From the IMG/VR virus record IMGVR_UViG_3300044691_000591, positions 1 through 64,000 of that record: a DNA stretch of 64,000 nt; one strand, written 5' to 3'. This DNA is from a virus. Below, in pieces: positions 46,399 through 56,218 of this stretch (position 1 is its first letter; every line of letters begins with the position of its first letter). The position numbers and the translations under genes were made by a program. The notes below the pieces were generated by a model, which saw nothing but the letters and a program-made list of their open reading frames with translations, did no database searches and was not told where the DNA came from.

Positions 46399-46914
46399 AT
46401 GGCCCGCCCGCTCGGCGACGACGAGAAGGCCGAGATTCGCCGCCTGTACGCGGATGGCCTGGGCCGCAATGCCATCGCCCGCACGATTGACCGGGCCGTG
46501 GGTACGGTCACGGCCTACTGCGCCGCGCAGGGCCTGCTCTTCGACCGGTCCGAGACCGAGGTCGCCGTCCACGCCCGCAAGGTCGACCTCGCCGCGATGC
46601 GCGCCCAGTCCGCCATCGAGCTGCAGGAGGATGCGGACCGGCTTCGGCGGCAGATGTGGGAGCCGGCCGTGGTCTTCGCGTTCGGCGGCAAGGAGAACGT
46701 GTACACCGAGGAGCCGGTGTCCGAGCCGCCGCCGGCGGACAAGCGCACGTTGATGGCCGCCGCTGTGATGGCCTACGACCGGTCGTTGAAGCTGTCGCCG
46801 CCGAAGGCCGGGGGCGGCTCGCAGGAGAACCGGAGCATGCTCGGGACGCTGGCCGAGGACCTGCGCGCATGGGTGTCCGAGAACGAGTCGGACCGCCCGG
46901 AGCAGGTCGACTGA
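46399..46914 (+). CDS. terS: Terminase small subunit
   Basis: N-terminal HTH (GLGRNAIARTIDRAVGTV), FGGKEN, SMLGTL; directly before terL. Confidence 0.8.
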   Translation: MARPLGDDEKAEIRRLYADGLGRNAIARTIDRAVGTVTAYCAAQGLLFDRSETEVAVHARKVDLAAMRAQSAIELQEDADRLRRQMWEPAVVFAFGGKENVYTEEPVSEPPPADKRTLMAAAVMAYDRSLKLSPPKAGGGSQENRSMLGTLAEDLRAWVSENESDRPEQVD

Positions 46915-46941
46915 CGATGCGCCAGGCGATGCGGGGTGTCC

Positions 46942-48195
46942 ATGCGCGGACTTAGCCTCGCCCTGTCCCCGAAGCAGATGGGGTTCATCGCGAACTCGAC
47001 GGCGCGCATCAACATCGCCCACGGGTCGGTGCGGTCGGGCAAGTCGATCGCGGCGACGGTGGCGTTCTTCATCGCCGTCAACGAGGCCCCGGACTCGGGG
47101 CTGGTGCTCATCATCGGCCGCTCCCTGCAGACCATCGAGCGCAACGTCCTGGACCCGATGATGGACCCGGAGCTGTTCGGGTCCCTGTCAGCGGATGTGC
47201 AGCACACGCGTGGAGCGACGACGGCAACGATCTTGGGCCGCACCGTGCACCTGATCGGCGCCTCGGATGCGCGCGCGGAGGGCCGGCTGCGCGGCCTGAC
47301 GGCCTGCCTGGCCTTGGTGGATGAGGCGACGCTGCTGCCTGAGGGCTTCTGGAACCAGCTTCTGGGCCGCCTGTCCGTGCCTGGGGCGAGGCTGCTGGCG
47401 AGTACTAACCCGGACTCGCCGCAGCATTGGCTGCGGCGTGACTTCCTGCGCCGCGAGGACACCCTGAACCTGCGCTCGTGGCACTTCACCCTGAAGGACA
47501 ATCCTTCGCTTACCCGCGAGTACGTCGACGGTCTGTCGGCGGAGTACACGGGCCTGTGGCGCAAGCGGTTCCTGGAGGGCCTGTGGGTCGCCGCGGAGGG
47601 CGCGATCTTCGACATGTGGGACGAGGACGTCCACGTCGTCGACCGGGTGCCCATCGGCCGGATCCGGCGCTGGATCGCGCTGGGCGTGGACTACGGCACG
47701 ACGAACCCGTTCCACGCAGTGCTGATCGGCATCAGTGAGGAGCGGCGCCTGTACGCGGCGGCGGAGTGGCGCTACGACTCGCGGCACATGCGCCGTCAGC
47801 TCACCGACGTGGAGTACTCGGAGCGGCTGCGCGCCTGGATGTCCGACGTGCCGCACATCGGCCCGGTGCGCCCGCAGTACGTGGCCGTGGACCCGTCGGC
47901 GGCCTCGTTCAAGACACAGCTGTTCCGCGACAAGCTGCGCCCCCACGCGGCCGACAATGCGGTCCTGGACGGCATTCGCACCATGTCGTCGCTCCTGGCG
48001 GGCCGCCAGCTCTTCGTTGACGCCTCGTGCACGGAGTTGATCTCTGAGATCCCCGGCTACTCGTGGGACGACCGCGCCCAACTGTTGGGAGACGACAAGC
48101 CCATCAAGGTCGCCGACCACGGAATCGACGGGCTCCGCTACGGCCTGATGACCACCCGGTCCCAGTGGCAGCACCAGCTCGCCCCCGCCGCCTAA
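46942..48195 (+). CDS. terL: Terminase large subunit (PBSX-like)
   Basis: GSVRSGKS Walker A, LVDEA Walker B, STNPD, GVDYG, DH.IDGLRY. Confidence 0.96.
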   Translation: MRGLSLALSPKQMGFIANSTARINIAHGSVRSGKSIAATVAFFIAVNEAPDSGLVLIIGRSLQTIERNVLDPMMDPELFGSLSADVQHTRGATTATILGRTVHLIGASDARAEGRLRGLTACLALVDEATLLPEGFWNQLLGRLSVPGARLLASTNPDSPQHWLRRDFLRREDTLNLRSWHFTLKDNPSLTREYVDGLSAEYTGLWRKRFLEGLWVAAEGAIFDMWDEDVHVVDRVPIGRIRRWIALGVDYGTTNPFHAVLIGISEERRLYAAAEWRYDSRHMRRQLTDVEYSERLRAWMSDVPHIGPVRPQYVAVDPSAASFKTQLFRDKLRPHAADNAVLDGIRTMSSLLAGRQLFVDASCTELISEIPGYSWDDRAQLLGDDKPIKVADHGIDGLRYGLMTTRSQWQHQLAPAA

Positions 48196-48214
48196 CCCCT
48201 CTTGGAGACCCGAC

Positions 48215-49903
48215 ATGCCGCTGCCCCTGGACGACGCCCCCTGGCCGCCGCCGGACCTCAACCCGGTGTGGAACTCGCTGCAGGTGTGGCACGCCTGGTA
48301 TGCGGGGCTGCCCAAGGACCTGCAGTCCGTGTACGGGGGTGTGGCCACCGCGGGATCGTCGCCGCTGGCCCGGCAGTTCTTCGACATGGACAAGCCCGGC
48401 TCCAACCAGGTGTCCGTGGTCGCGCGCACGTTCTGGGGCGAGCCGATCCCGCCTGGTGAGCGGCGCGTCAAGTTGCACATTCCGCTGCCGGGCGACATCT
48501 CGGAGCTGTCGGCGTCGTTGCTGTACTCCGAGCTGCCGCAGATCCGGGCCGCGGACACCAGCGGCCTGGGCACGGCGACGACGGACCGCATTGCCCGTTA
48601 CCTGGACGACCGTGGCCACGCCACCCTGCTGCAGGGCGCCGACACTGGCTCGGGGCTGGGCGGCGTCTATCTGCGGGTGGTGTGGGACGCGACGCTGCGC
48701 GATCACCCGTGGCTGACCGTGGTGCACCCGGACATGGCCGTCCCGGAGTGGCGCTGGGGCTGCCTCACCGCGGTGACGTTTTGGCAGACTGTGCAGCAGG
48801 ACCCGTCGGGCACCGAGGAGTGGCGGCTCCTCGAATACCACACCCCGGGCCTGATCGAGTACGGCCTGTACAAGGGATCGCTGACGGAGATCGGCGAACG
48901 CCTGCCCCTCGCCGCACACCCCAAGGGCGTGGAGCTGATGGGGCAGCTCACCGACAAGACGCCGGGCCGCGAGCAGCAGGTCACCGGCGTCGACAAGCTC
49001 CTGGCCGTGTACATCCCCAACATGCTCCCGAACCGGGTGTGGCGTACCGTGCCCGGCTCCGAGCCGCTGGGGCGCTCGGACTACACGGGCATCGAGCAGC
49101 TCTTCGACTCCCTGGACGAGACGTGGACGTCGTGGATGCGGGACCTGCGCCTCGCCCGCTCCCGGATCATGATCCCGCAGTCGATGCTGGAGACCGACGG
49201 CCCGGGGCAGGGGGCGATCTTCCGCGACAAGGAAGTGTTCGTGCAGATCAACAGCCTCGCCGACGGCACCAGCGGCGAGGCCATCACCATGAACCAGTTC
49301 CAGATCCGCGTGAAGGAGCACGAGGACACGTGCACCGCGATCGTCAACCAGGTCCTGCGGTCCGCCGGCTACTCATCGCAGTCCATGGGCGCGGACAAGG
49401 GCATGGTCGCGGTGACGGCCACGGAGATCGCCGCCCGCAAGGAGCAGTCCCTCGCCACCCGGGACACGAAGATCCTGTACCAGCGTCCGGCGCTGGATCA
49501 GGTGTTGAAGGTGCTGCTGGCCGTGGACGCGAAGTGGTTCAAGGCTGCCGTGGACCCGACGGCGGACCTGACCATCGCGTGGCCGGACGCGGTGCAGGCC
49601 GACCCTCAGTCCCAGGCCACCACGCTGTCGTTCCTGAAGGCCGCCTCCGCAGCATCCACGGACACCATGGTGCGGATGCTGCACCCGGAGTGGGAGGACA
49701 TTGAGGTCGCCGAGGAGGTGGCCCGCATCCGCGAGGAGTCCGCACCGCCGGTCACCCTCACCGCCCCTGCTGCACAGCCGACAGGGCAGGTTCAGCAGCA
49801 GGGCCAGGAACCGGGGCAGGCGGAGGAGGGCACGGCGGCCTCGGCGTGGGCGGACCAGGCCGATTCGGAGGGAGCAGCCCAGCCGGGGGCTGCGGCGGCG
49901 TAG
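48215..49903 (+). CDS. Portal protein (SPP1 gp6/A118-like)
   Basis: KLHIPLPGDI, LGGVYLR, YIPNM.P, LGRSDY, TATEI. Confidence 0.93.
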   Translation: MPLPLDDAPWPPPDLNPVWNSLQVWHAWYAGLPKDLQSVYGGVATAGSSPLARQFFDMDKPGSNQVSVVARTFWGEPIPPGERRVKLHIPLPGDISELSASLLYSELPQIRAADTSGLGTATTDRIARYLDDRGHATLLQGADTGSGLGGVYLRVVWDATLRDHPWLTVVHPDMAVPEWRWGCLTAVTFWQTVQQDPSGTEEWRLLEYHTPGLIEYGLYKGSLTEIGERLPLAAHPKGVELMGQLTDKTPGREQQVTGVDKLLAVYIPNMLPNRVWRTVPGSEPLGRSDYTGIEQLFDSLDETWTSWMRDLRLARSRIMIPQSMLETDGPGQGAIFRDKEVFVQINSLADGTSGEAITMNQFQIRVKEHEDTCTAIVNQVLRSAGYSSQSMGADKGMVAVTATEIAARKEQSLATRDTKILYQRPALDQVLKVLLAVDAKWFKAAVDPTADLTIAWPDAVQADPQSQATTLSFLKAASAASTDTMVRMLHPEWEDIEVAEEVARIREESAPPVTLTAPAAQPTGQVQQQGQEPGQAEEGTAASAWADQADSEGAAQPGAAAA

Positions 49904-49951
49904 GCTGCCCGCCTGTGCACGCCAAGTGGCGTGCAGGTGGGGGGATGCGGG

Positions 49952-50164
49952 ATGTCGGTACGTCTGCGCGGCGGGGTGGGCCCGGTTCGGGTGTCGGTGC
50001 CGCTCATGCCCCGAGGGATGCTGCGCGCCTTCGTGATGCTCTTCGTCTACACCGGCGTCGGGGTGTGGCTGCTGTGCAAGTTCATCTACTGGACCGCCCC
50101 GGTGTGGATCTGGCGGACCTCGCATCGGGCGTGGCTGCGCTCGCGGGCAGGCCAGCAGCCATAG
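49952..50164 (+). CDS. Small membrane protein
   Basis: 70 aa, hydrophobic core. Confidence 0.5.
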   Translation: MSVRLRGGVGPVRVSVPLMPRGMLRAFVMLFVYTGVGVWLLCKFIYWTAPVWIWRTSHRAWLRSRAGQQP

Positions 50165-50182
50165 CGATCCGGTGCGGGCGGC

Positions 50183-50524
50183 TCAGCCGGTGACGGTCAG
50201 CGGATAGGCGGGGATGGCGACGATCTCCGGATTGTCGGTGACCCGCACCGACACCTGGTACTGACCCGGCGCCAGCTGCGTCGTACCACCCGGCCCGACC
50301 ATGCACAGGGCCGTGTACCAGCCGCCCGCAGCAGTCGGGGTCACGCCGTCCCAGGAGCCCGCATACCAGTGCGCACCAACAAGAGCAGCCCCAGGCCCGG
50401 TGAACGCGAACTCGACCGTGTCGCCGGTCGGGTCGTGCGGGGCACCGCCTGAGGTCGCCCTCACCCAGGCCGGAACGAACTCCAGGGATGCCGCAGAAAT
50501 GGACCTGGTCACGGGCACAGTCAC
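50183..50524 (-). CDS. Small beta-sandwich virion-like protein
   Basis: VEFAFT...W..GSW...VGPGG...G.Y...VRVTDNPE. Confidence 0.7.
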   Translation of the reverse strand: MTVPVTRSISAASLEFVPAWVRATSGGAPHDPTGDTVEFAFTGPGAALVGAHWYAGSWDGVTPTAAGGWYTALCMVGPGGTTQLAPGQYQVSVRVTDNPEIVAIPAYPLTVTG

Positions 50525-50533
50525 GGGCTCACC

Positions 50534-51778
50534 TTACGCATCGGGTTCACGGGCGGTCCAGCGCTGGACACCGGCCCTGGCCGTCCAGCGGGACTGTTCG
50601 GGGGCGCAGGCCGTCCAGCGCTCGGGGGCGGCCCTGACGGTGAAGACAATGTCCCGACTGGCGGCGCCTGCGACGATCGGCCTCGCGGTGCCGGTCTCCA
50701 CGGCCGGCCCGAGGGCGGCGGCCTTGGCGCCCGTCAGCGGCTGGGCCGCCTCGACGGATACGGCCACGCCGAGGGTTTGACTCGCCATGTGCGCCAGGGG
50801 CTGTGCGGACTCGGTCTGCGCGGCGACAGGAAGCGGCGCGGCCTTGGCCCCGGCGACGGCCTGCCCGGCGGCGACCTCAACCGCAGCACCGGGCGTGGCC
50901 GTCTTGCCGCCGGCCGGGGCCTGCGCGGAGTCGGCCGTGGCGGCAGGGCCGAGGAGGCTTGCCTTCGTGCCGGCCAGTGCCTGTGCCGACTCGGCCGCGG
51001 CGGCGAAGGCCAGGGCAGCGGCCTTGGCGCCCGTGGCGGGCTGCGCCGTCTCGGTGGCGGCTCCGATACTGAGCGGTGTCGTCTTCGTCCCGGTCACCGA
51101 CTGGGCGGACTCGACGGCGCCCGCAAAAGTGATGGTGGCCGTCTTGGCGCCGGCGAGCGACTGCGCGGCGTCGGGCCCCGCGGCGATGCCGAGGGTGGCC
51201 GACTTCGCCCCCGTGAGCGTCTGGGTGGTCTCAATGCCGCTGGCGATGCCGAGGGTTGCGCCTTCGGTCACGTCCGCGGCGGCGAAGTTGTCGTAGCGGA
51301 GCGCGCTGGCTGAGTCGCCGCGGATGCCGACGCTGGTGCCGGTCGTGACGGCCGTGTTGGTGACGGAGATGCGCAGGGTGCCGTTGACGTATCCGGTGAT
51401 TGCCGAGCCGACTGCCTGGATCTTGACGACGTCGCCCGCTACGGCTGCCGCAGCGTAGGTGCCGATGCTGGTGAAGCTGCTGCCGACAACCTGGAACAGG
51501 TCCCAGCTCGTGCCGTTGTTGCGCAGCAGGTAGCCCTGGGTGAAGCCCACATTTCCGCGGCACCACACGCCCTGGCTCGCCACCGTGGTTGCGGGGATGG
51601 CGACCTGCGCGTAGTGGTCGTTGCTGGCCATGGCGGTCGCGGCGCGCAGGACGATCGTGCCGCCTGCTGCGCCGGGTGAGAGCTGGTTGGAGACGACCGT
51701 CCAAGTGCCGGATACCTGGACCCAGCTGGCGCCGACAGCTCCGTCGGCGCGGTTGAAGTCGTCGGTGAACGTCGTCAC
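50534..51778 (-). CDS. Virion-like protein: lectin/ConA-like head, ten 20-aa repeats, RWTA tail
   Basis: TFTDDFNRADG start; repeats of the type ATLGIAxxxExAQxLxGAKx. Confidence 0.8.
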   Translation of the reverse strand: MTTFTDDFNRADGAVGASWVQVSGTWTVVSNQLSPGAAGGTIVLRAATAMASNDHYAQVAIPATTVASQGVWCRGNVGFTQGYLLRNNGTSWDLFQVVGSSFTSIGTYAAAAVAGDVVKIQAVGSAITGYVNGTLRISVTNTAVTTGTSVGIRGDSASALRYDNFAAADVTEGATLGIASGIETTQTLTGAKSATLGIAAGPDAAQSLAGAKTATITFAGAVESAQSVTGTKTTPLSIGAATETAQPATGAKAAALAFAAAAESAQALAGTKASLLGPAATADSAQAPAGGKTATPGAAVEVAAGQAVAGAKAAPLPVAAQTESAQPLAHMASQTLGVAVSVEAAQPLTGAKAAALGPAVETGTARPIVAGAASRDIVFTVRAAPERWTACAPEQSRWTARAGVQRWTAREPDA

Positions 51779-51810
51779 GTCGGCGCCTCCCGCTGTCGGC
51801 CCGGTGGGAG

Positions 51811-52257
51811 TTACGCGGCGGAGGTGGCCCGGTAGAGGTCCGCGATGGCCAGGACGAAGGTGTTGCCGTCCGGCGTCCACGGCAGGTCGTGCTTGGTGAG
51901 CGGGATGAGGTCCGCGTCGGTGCCGGTGGTGGTATCGGGGTCGTAGCAGACCACGACGGCGCTGATCGCGTTGCCGGTCGGTGCGGTGAAGGTGACGTCG
52001 GCGGCGTCGACGGCCACGCGGTCGCTGGTGTTGTCGACGGTGACGGTGACGCTGGCGAGCGCCTTCCTGGTGACGGTGGTCTGCTCGTTGGTGGTGCCGG
52101 CGACCACGGAGCCGAAGTCGGCCTTGTCGCGCAGGACGGTGTCGGTCTCCAGGCCGCTGGTCTCCAGGGCGATGAGGACGAGGCCGTCGTTTGCGGCGGG
52201 CAGGCTGGCGTAGTAGGCCACCTTGCCGAGGGCGATGTTGAAGACGATGTTGGCCAC
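51811..52257 (-). CDS. Conserved virion-like protein
   Basis: ANIVFNIALG...TPDG; RBS GGAGGAG, GTG 52257. Confidence 0.75.
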   Translation of the reverse strand: MANIVFNIALGKVAYYASLPAANDGLVLIALETSGLETDTVLRDKADFGSVVAGTTNEQTTVTRKALASVTVTVDNTSDRVAVDAADVTFTAPTGNAISAVVVCYDPDTTTGTDADLIPLTKHDLPWTPDGNTFVLAIADLYRATSAA

Positions 52258-52395
52258 GCTGATCTCCTCCACTCGGTCGAGTCGGGGGTGAACTGCGCGT
52301 TCGGCTTCGCGCGGGTCGCTGCCCTTGCTGTCGTGCTGCCAGCGTAGGGCATCAGGGGCGGCCATGGTCATCGTCGCCGGGCTGGCCGTGACATG

Positions 52396-52438
52396 CCGCA
52401 GCCCCCACTCGGCGGGGGGATGCGAGTGGGGGCTGCGG
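52396..52438. terminator. 16-bp perfect hairpin
   Basis: CCGCAGCCCCCACTCG-N11-CGAGTGGGGGCTGCGG. Confidence 0.55.
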
Positions 52439-52548
52439 TGCACGGGTGTACCAACCGTGCACCCAGCATGCCCGGTTGCGGGGCACACCGTGGGCGAATC
52501 ACGCTGTTTCTGCTGCGCCGTCGGTGACTTGGCGTCACGATGGGGCGC

Positions 52549-52710
52549 ATGGAGACCGTCGTGACGGTGCAGGCGCGCAGCGAGGCCGAGGCTGAGCGGT
52601 GGCTGGAGAAGCTGCGCACGATCGGACTGGAGCCCGTGTCGGCGCCGAAGCAGCCGGTGGGGCGCGACAGGTGGATGGTCCGCGCCCGGCCCGCGACTCA
52701 GCCAGGTTGA
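52549..52710 (+). CDS. 53-aa hypothetical protein (below ORF-track cutoff)
   Basis: METVVTVQARSEAEAERWLEKLRTIGLEP...RWMVRA; GC3-rich. Confidence 0.5.
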   Translation: METVVTVQARSEAEAERWLEKLRTIGLEPVSAPKQPVGRDRWMVRARPATQPG

Positions 52711-52898
52711 TCGACGCGACTGCCGCTGTCCACGTCCACGCCGATCTTCTGCAGCTTCCCCCCGAACGACACCGTCGCGTTGACCACCGTCCCGCCGTCG
52801 GCCCCGGTCCGCATCGCGTCCTGCACGAACGCGGCCACCTCGTCCAGCGTCAGGAACTGGCCTCTGTCGGCCGCGTGCTCGACCTTCTTCTTCGCCAT
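52698..52898 (-). CDS. Hypothetical protein
   Basis: 66 aa, RBS GAGG. Confidence 0.6.
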   Translation of the reverse strand: MAKKKVEHAADRGQFLTLDEVAAFVQDAMRTGADGGTVVNATVSFGGKLQKIGVDVDSGSRVDQPG

Positions 52899-52947
52899 GC
52901 CCTCATCCTCTCGCGTCCACCGCGCCACCGTCCGGCGGTCGCGGGCG

Positions 52948-53580
52948 TCAGTGCCACGGTGCGGGGCCGGTCCGGGACGCCCAGGCGGCCAGGGCCTGCT
53001 CGTCGAACAGGCGCAGCCCGACGCGCCGGCCGAACGCGGCGGCCTGCTCGGTGAACGTGGACGTCGTCACCACTGCGGCGAGGTCTGCGCCGTGGATCTG
53101 CCGGTACGTGCCGTTGACCGCCTGCACCATCGGGGAGCGAACCGGGTTGCCGACGGCGTAGCGCTTGGCCTGGATCAGGATCCGGCGGCCGTCCGGGGTG
53201 GTGGCCAGTACGTCGGCGGCGAGGTCTCCTGCTCCGCCGACGACGGTGACGTTGCGGCAGCCGTCGCGGCGGCACAGGTCGGCGAGGGCGTGCTCGAACT
53301 GGGTCGGGCTGAGCCGCCGGAAGTCCATGACGGGGCGCCGGCAGTAGGGCGCGATGGTGCGGCGCTGAGCGCGGTGCATCTTGATGTACACGAAGCCAAT
53401 GGCGGTGGTGGCTGCGATTGCCGCAACGCAGATCATGATCTGCGGGTGCCGGGAGAGCCACAGTGCGGCGTCGAACAGGATCAGGGCGGCAATGATCAAC
53501 ATGGGGCCGGTGATCCGCTGGCGCTGTACGCGCCTGCGCAGTTGGGCTTTCGCCTGGCGCACGCGGAGAGGTGTGGTCAC
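52948..53580 (-). CDS. Membrane-anchored Mrr-family (PD-(D/E)XK) endonuclease
   Basis: Two TM helices then LSPTQFEH..ADL, GGAGDLAADV, IQAKRY, VVTTSTFT. Confidence 0.88.
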   Translation of the reverse strand: MTTPLRVRQAKAQLRRRVQRQRITGPMLIIAALILFDAALWLSRHPQIMICVAAIAATTAIGFVYIKMHRAQRRTIAPYCRRPVMDFRRLSPTQFEHALADLCRRDGCRNVTVVGGAGDLAADVLATTPDGRRILIQAKRYAVGNPVRSPMVQAVNGTYRQIHGADLAAVVTTSTFTEQAAAFGRRVGLRLFDEQALAAWASRTGPAPWH

Positions 53581-55844
53581 GACTGGCTCATCTCGGGGAC
53601 AGGCAGCCCGTACTCGCCGCTGGCGGCCGGGTTGCGGAGGATGGTGCCGTCCTTGACCAGGCGGCTGACCGTGTTCTCGACCGTCTTGCGGGCGACACCG
53701 GACTGGTCCGTGATGGCGTCCAGGTGCAGGTAACCGACGTCCAGACCGATCGGGTCGCGGTACTCGCCCAGGACCGTGAGGATCTTCTCCTGCGCCGTCG
53801 GCTCCTTCGCCGCGGCCGGCTTCGCCTGACCGGGCGTCCACTTCGCGGCGCCGTCCTCATCCTCGTCTTCGGCGGCTGGCCCGACGGGGACCAGCGCGAT
53901 CTCGCCGCGGTCCTCCCACTCGGGCCAGTCGGCGGGAATGACGATCTGCTCCGGATCGAACAGGCCGGCGGCGGACTCCAGGATCCACAGGCGCATCATC
54001 TCGGCGCGGTCGTCGGGCCCGACGGTGTAGCCGACGCCGAACGTGCGGCTGGGGTCGTCGTCGGGGACCGTCGGGTCGTAGATCAGAGTGTCGTCCTCGT
54101 CGCTCTTCCAGAACGCCGGGATCTTGGCGGGGTCGACGCCCGCGAACGCGTCGGGCAGGTCGACCCGGTTCCTCTGGTCGCTGTCGGAGCGCAGCAGGAT
54201 CAGGGCGCCGCCGTAGAACACGTTGTCGCGGATGGAGGTGTCCGAGCCCATCTTGTCGAGGTTCAGGATCTGCCCGCACAGGATCAGGATCAGGCCCAGT
54301 GAGCGGCCCTGCTCGGCCAGGGCGGCGATGATGAATGCCGCCTCGGCCTTGTTGGTTGCCTTCTCGCCGAGGAGCTGGGCGAACTCGTCCAGGACCACGG
54401 CGGTGTAGGGCATGTCGGCGGTCGGGACGAAGTTCTTCATCCGCAGCCGCTGCGACTGCTCGACGCGGTGCAGGAGGAGGGCGTAGGCCACGCGCAGGGC
54501 GCCCATCGCACCGTCGATACCGCAGCCGGGGTAGGTGGCCATGTCCTCGACGTCGGGGTTGCTGGAGCCCTTGGGGTCGGCGTAGATGATCGCGACCCGG
54601 TTGACGTGGTAGCTGAGGCACAGGAGCTGCAGCGCCCCGCCCTTCCCGGAGCCGGTCACCCCGGCGATCAGGACGTGCCGGGCGCCCATCCTGGTGTCGT
54701 ACAGCTGCACGCGGGCAGGGCGGCCGGAGATGCCGGTACCCAGGTTCACGAACCCGTTGGCGTTGGCGAGCAGCGTCTCGGGGCCAGGCAGGGGCTGGCC
54801 GGCTTCCAGGGGTGAGCGGTCCATGAGCCGGAGCTTGGCCCGGCGGGGGTTGTTCGTGGGTTCGACGGACGTCAGCAGGGTGGTGGTGCGAAGTGCTCCG
54901 GCGATGCGGTATGAGTCGGGGGCGGTGACGGCGTCGGTGTCCTCGTCGGCGACGACCCATGCGGCGATGCCACCGGTTGCAGGGTCGGGGACGATGCCCT
55001 CCAGGTGGGTGCCGGGCATGCAGCCGCCCTTGTGGCCCACACGCCGCAGCCACAGTGCCTCCAGGGCGCTGTACTCGGCCACGTCGACGGTCGGCGCGAC
55101 CACGTCGACGTGGATGTGGCGAGAGCTGGTGTGCGGACCGTCAATGAGGTGGACCCGCGCCTCGGGGACGCCGTAGACCCCGGACACGGTCTCGGCGGTG
55201 ACCGAGACGGGGCGGCCGGGCATCGAGTGGATCGTGCCCTCCCACGCCTCCGGGCTGTAGCCGGTCAGGGTGAGGTGCTGGCCGGGGTGCGCGCCGTCCT
55301 CGCTGGAGATCCAGTCGTGCCAGTACTGCAGGACGTCGCGCTCCGGCGTCGGCTCTGGGACTGGGGCGGCGGGCGCGCGGTAGGCGGCGACCGCGCGGGG
55401 CTTGCGCAGGACGCGGCGCAGCGCGAAGTGGATGTAGCCGGTCGCGGACCACCAGGCCACCGACACAAAGCCGGCCACGGAGGGCAGCGTCATCCAGCCG
55501 GCGGCCAGGGAGTCGATTCCGGGCCAGCCGTACTGCGTCGCGGTGGCCGCCGCGGTGGCGGTCGCGATCGCGGAGACCAGGAACGGCTCGCGGTGGGCGC
55601 GCACGATGTCACCGCCCGGCAGGGCGTCCAAGTGCTCATCGGACAGCAGGTGCATGTAGTTCGCGCCGGCGGCCAGGGCGGGTACGGCCAGCAGGCAGCT
55701 GACGGTACTCGCGGCCTGACCGTCCAGCAGCGGCAGGGTCAGGGCGGTCGCCAGCGGGGCGGCGACCTGAGCCACGGCAAACCGCTTCTCGGCGGCAGGG
55801 TTCGGCAGCGCCTTGGCCGCGGGCGTGGTGTCGTTGGTGGTCAC
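53577..55844 (-). CDS. TraB/FtsK-SpoIIIE-like DNA translocase
   Basis: N-terminal TM helices; HVLIAGVTGSGKG Walker A; ADPKG; VVLDEF Walker B; EQGRSLG; C-terminal winged helix (TVENTVSRLVKDG). Confidence 0.88.
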   Translation of the reverse strand: MTTNDTTPAAKALPNPAAEKRFAVAQVAAPLATALTLPLLDGQAASTVSCLLAVPALAAGANYMHLLSDEHLDALPGGDIVRAHREPFLVSAIATATAAATATQYGWPGIDSLAAGWMTLPSVAGFVSVAWWSATGYIHFALRRVLRKPRAVAAYRAPAAPVPEPTPERDVLQYWHDWISSEDGAHPGQHLTLTGYSPEAWEGTIHSMPGRPVSVTAETVSGVYGVPEARVHLIDGPHTSSRHIHVDVVAPTVDVAEYSALEALWLRRVGHKGGCMPGTHLEGIVPDPATGGIAAWVVADEDTDAVTAPDSYRIAGALRTTTLLTSVEPTNNPRRAKLRLMDRSPLEAGQPLPGPETLLANANGFVNLGTGISGRPARVQLYDTRMGARHVLIAGVTGSGKGGALQLLCLSYHVNRVAIIYADPKGSSNPDVEDMATYPGCGIDGAMGALRVAYALLLHRVEQSQRLRMKNFVPTADMPYTAVVLDEFAQLLGEKATNKAEAAFIIAALAEQGRSLGLILILCGQILNLDKMGSDTSIRDNVFYGGALILLRSDSDQRNRVDLPDAFAGVDPAKIPAFWKSDEDDTLIYDPTVPDDDPSRTFGVGYTVGPDDRAEMMRLWILESAAGLFDPEQIVIPADWPEWEDRGEIALVPVGPAAEDEDEDGAAKWTPGQAKPAAAKEPTAQEKILTVLGEYRDPIGLDVGYLHLDAITDQSGVARKTVENTVSRLVKDGTILRNPAASGEYGLPVPEMSQS

Positions 55845-55848
55845 AGTC

Positions 55849-56217
55849 CTACTCCTGCCGGTACCAGGTGCGGTTGGCCATCTCGACGGGGGAGCGGTCG
55901 CGGGCTTCCTTGATGCCGCCGTGGGTGGTGACGGTCGCCTGCTCGGCGGCGACCGCCGCGCGGGATGCCTCGTCGGCGGCGTTGGCGTAGGCGAGCGCGG
56001 CCGTGGACACGCCCTGCATGATTCGCGAGACCTCGCGGGTCTCGGCAACGGTCGCCGGATCGACCTTGAGGGCGGCGGTCTGCTCGGCGATGCGCCCGGT
56101 GTCCTTGGCCTGGGCGTCCATCGCGGAGGCCATCTTCTTGTGCCTCTGGGTGGCGCGCCGCACGTCCCGGGCCAGGGCCCGCGTCTCGCGCAGCAGTTCG
56201 CCATAGGTCAGTGCCAC
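55849..56217 (-). CDS. Small helical protein upstream of TraB
   Basis: 122 aa, ends HGGIKEARDRSPVEMANRTWY. Confidence 0.75.
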   Translation of the reverse strand: MALTYGELLRETRALARDVRRATQRHKKMASAMDAQAKDTGRIAEQTAALKVDPATVAETREVSRIMQGVSTAALAYANAADEASRAAVAAEQATVTTHGGIKEARDRSPVEMANRTWYRQE

Positions 56218-56218
56218 G

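Noticed and set aside
45407-49930. CCAAGTGGC at both ends of the inverted packaging block as recombination sites
   Set aside because: Only 9 bp and in direct orientation, which cannot produce an inversion; no invertase nearby
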